From: an uncultured bacterium
GTDB lineage: Bacteria; Chloroflexota; UBA5177; JANWHV01
Reading direction: 5' to 3'
DNA length: 64,000 nt
NCBI GenBank assembly: GCA_963729625.1
Contig: CAVSOU010000010.1
Location: 1,184,001 to 1,248,000, forward strand
Under the pieces are notes generated by a model. The model saw only the letters and a list, made by a program, of their open reading frames with translations. It was not told the DNA's origin and made no database searches. The stretch's first letter is position 1, and the number at the start of each line of letters is the position of its first letter. This document shows, piece by piece, positions 61,275-64,000 of this stretch. The position numbers and the translations under genes are program-made.

Positions 61275-61628
61275 GCTGAGCGCGACCTTGCTGTCGGATT
61301 GCCGACATGGCGACCGTGTCCTCGAGTCGACTCGAAACATGCTGCCGCGTCCGGTCAGGCTCGTCGCCGCCCCATCCTTGACGCGGGTAGCTCCGCCATG
61401 GACCTCAGATCTTCATGGTCCACGAACCATCACCGCGCATGAATACGTCGATCGCCCGCCGACAGCCGGCGTGCCCACGCCGATGGCGGGGATCCTTCCG
61501 CGGCCCGATGCGCGAGTGATCCGCGGATCGGGGGGCAGTTTGCTACCTCAGTCCATCGAGAGATCTCTGCAACTGCATGAGCTCACCGTGCAACCCGCGA
61601 CGCCCTCGATCGTAGCGTCGATCGCATG

Positions 61629-61701
61629 TTGACAGGGGCAGAGAACACGAGTATAGTAGTACAAGACTGAACGTTCAACTGAACGATGAGCTGAACGTTC
61701 T
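61629..61701 (+). promoter_or_regulatory. consensus sigma70 promoter TTGACA-N17-TATAGT with tandem LacI-type operators TGAACGTTCA
   Basis: Palindrome at 61668-61677, with variants at 61680 and 61692. Confidence 0.75.
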
Positions 61702-61725
61702 AAGAGACGGCCCGCGGAGGGGACG

Positions 61726-62856
61726 ATGGCGACCATCGTGGACGTGGCACGCAAAGCCGAAGTGTCGATACAGACCGTTGCAGTCGTGATGGAAGGTCAA
61801 CCAGGAGCCTCCAAGGCCACGCGCGAGCGCATCCGTCGCATCGTCAAGGAACTTGACTACCAGCCAAATTCCCTCGCGCGTGGCCTTCGCAGCCAGTCCA
61901 CGCGCACGATTGGCATCCTCATCCCGACACTCACCAACCCATACTGGACCGAGATCGTGCGAGGCGCCGAGGATGCGGCGCATCGCAACGGGTACGCGGT
62001 CTTCCTGGGCAACACGGAGAGTGATCCGGAGAAGCACGGCGCCTACCTGCAATCCTTACGACGCCAGCGCGTGGTGGGCATCTTCTTCTGCGACGACGTG
62101 TCGTACGTGGAAGAGGTGGAGCAGCTGCTCGCCGGCGGGGTCCACGTGGTGATCAACATGGCTGGATGGGAGCCACAAGGGAAGGCAGTCTGCCTCGCCA
62201 TCGACGACGAAGCCGCGGGCTATGCCGCGACAGCCCATCTCCTCGACCTCGGCCACCGCCGGATCGGATTCATCGGACCGTGGAACCAGGCGGGCATGAT
62301 CGTGTTCGGACACAATACAGGACTTCCCCGTTGTCACGGCTACGCGCGGGCCTTGCGAGAGCGCGGGATCGAGCCCGATTCCGCCTTGGCCGTCATGGGC
62401 CGGTACGAAGTCGCCGATGGCCAGGCCGCCGCGCTCCGGCTGATGGCAACAGCACCGCCGCCCACCGCCGTTGTGGCCGGCAACGACCTGATAGCCATTG
62501 GCGTTCTCCGAATATTGAGACGACTGGGTATGCGGGTGCCGCAGGACGTGGCCGTGGTCGGCTTTGACGACATCCCCATCGCCAGGCTTTATGAGCCGCC
62601 GCTCACGACAGTGGCACAGCCCCTGTACGAGATGGGGGCCCGCGCCACTCAGGCTATCCTCGACCGCGTGCAAGACCCTGACTTGCCTGGAGGCAAGTTC
62701 ATCTTTCCGACCACCCTGATCGTCCGGCGTTCCACGGTGGCAGGCGCCGACGATGACGTGGATGAACCCCTGCCGAGAGCAGAAGCCGACATGCACGCCC
62801 TCGGCAGGGGCTTGGGCAGCGCCCCGTACCAGTGGCAGGAGGTGCCTATGCTATAG
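61726..62856 (+). CDS. LacI family transcriptional regulator
   Basis: TIVDVARKAEVS, YQPNSLARGL, GHRRIGFI, VGFDD and PPLTTV motifs. Confidence 0.92.
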   Translation: MATIVDVARKAEVSIQTVAVVMEGQPGASKATRERIRRIVKELDYQPNSLARGLRSQSTRTIGILIPTLTNPYWTEIVRGAEDAAHRNGYAVFLGNTESDPEKHGAYLQSLRRQRVVGIFFCDDVSYVEEVEQLLAGGVHVVINMAGWEPQGKAVCLAIDDEAAGYAATAHLLDLGHRRIGFIGPWNQAGMIVFGHNTGLPRCHGYARALRERGIEPDSALAVMGRYEVADGQAAALRLMATAPPPTAVVAGNDLIAIGVLRILRRLGMRVPQDVAVVGFDDIPIARLYEPPLTTVAQPLYEMGARATQAILDRVQDPDLPGGKFIFPTTLIVRRSTVAGADDDVDEPLPRAEADMHALGRGLGSAPYQWQEVPML

Positions 62857-62930
62857 CTTACACACTTTGCACTTCTGATTCGATTGATGCTTCTAGCAGG
62901 CTGTGCTGGCTACGAAAGAGGTATGTACTG

Positions 62931-64000
62931 ATGAAGAGGTTGAGTGCGATTTGCGCACGCTGCGTTGCGCGCGCGGCTGGCGGCGCTAGGCCGCGCTGCC
63001 GGAGTTTTCGCGCGCTGACGGCGCTCGACGGCAAAAGGAAAGTCGTCGTCGATCAGTGCTCAACAACCTGGATTTCACTGGCTCTCCATTGGCGAAGAGC
63101 TTCGTAACTACCTCTTCGACCGCAATTCATAGCTTGTTCCCGCGGCCTGACCTCTGGCGAGCTGATCGACGTGTGCTGCTGAAAGCGCAAGATATTCGGC
63201 GCTACGCGATGAGCGGTACTCTGGGGCTGACGACTGCCTCAACACTCGCAGCTCTGCCCCGGCTATGGCGCCGTTCCGCACACGGCAAGCTCTGGGGCAT
63301 ACCGCTGGGAACTCTGAGCGGAGCCAGTATGCAGACCAACGCGTACTGGCTGAACAAGATCAACATGCCCTACCCGTCAGACCTGAGCGAGATGGCGAAG
63401 GTCTCTGCAGCGCTGAAGAAATACGGCGTCAGCCTCTTCGTGCACCAGGGCGGCTACAAGTATCACTGGCAATCTGGTTCTTCATCCTGTTTGACCAGAC
63501 GTCCGGCAACAAGTCTCTGGAGTTGACCGGAAATGCTGACCGGCAAGCTCAGCTTCAACGATTCTCGGGTCGTGGACGCCTGACGCTTCTGCAGCAGTTC
63601 CAACAGGAAGGGTACTTCTCCCGGACACCGCCTCCCTGCAGTACGCGGGCGCCGAGGGGGCTGGGCCGCCAGCAAGGCGATGTACGGATGGCCGGAACTC
63701 TATGACCTCCTGCAGCGCTGAACAAGCCGCTGAAGAACCTGGTCCTGCAGATGAATCTGCTCCCCGCGTGGTCAGTGATAAGTCCGTGCAGTCGCAATAT
63801 CCCGGTGCGACGTTCCTGGGGGCATCTATGCAAGAGCTAGAACAAGGCTATGGCGGTGCACCTCTCAACGACTGTCGAGCGATCCAATCGAGCAGATCAT
63901 TCTCGGATCTGCAAGCTCGGGCACTCCAACATCCACGTCCACGGTGACCCTACGGCGATGAAGTACGGATTGAACAAGTTGCTGCTCCACCTGGTGGTAT
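62931..64000 (+). pseudogene. sugar ABC solute-binding protein, heavily frameshifted, runs off window
   Basis: Fragments GKLWGIPLG, YPSDLSEM, WFFILFDQTSG and LQQFQQEGYF in different frames. Confidence 0.5.

Noticed and set aside
1-64000. CRISPR array, tRNA, rRNA, intact transposase/integrase, phage or defence genes
   Set aside because: No regularly spaced repeats, cloverleaf or rRNA signatures, or such protein motifs were found by eye.

Overview
A GC-rich (roughly 65%) bacterial accessory region. The gene repertoire looks like a monoderm soil organism such as Chloroflexota, but that assignment is inference. The window is dominated by carbohydrate and organic-acid catabolism. (1) 1-13.1 kb is a sugar-acid island: mutarotase-like protein, UroD/MtaA-family protein, GntR, GH43-like hydrolase, UlaG-like lactonase, 2 SDRs, 2 mandelate-racemase-family dehydratases and a TIM-barrel isomerase. 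It ends in a translationally coupled APH/MTR-kinase-like phosphotransferase and an enolase paralogue with active-site substitutions. (2) 13-28.7 kb holds glcF/glcD-like genes, an F420-type LLM, DUF1786, two secreted orphans, a flavinylation-motif FMN-binding protein with a ferric-reductase-like partner, MFS transporters and gene remnants. (3) 28.8-50.3 kb holds a sugar ABC operon with two LLMs, a Gfo/Idh/MocA oxidoreductase, a TIM-barrel protein, an SDR and GH36, then GntR, cyclase, GH32 and GH36, then ROK + GH4 divergent from a UTRA regulator + DegT aminotransferase. (4) 50-64 kb holds gene remnants, a 5'-truncated Glu-Asp-Ser subtilase, aqpZ, thioredoxin-like genes, MFS, DinB, LacI and a degraded binding-protein gene. 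Clustered frameshifts suggest sequencing or assembly indel errors in places. I saw no rRNA, tRNA or CRISPR array. The best candidate for an undescribed system is the kinase plus altered-enolase pair. All family calls come from motif recognition by eye, not from database searches.
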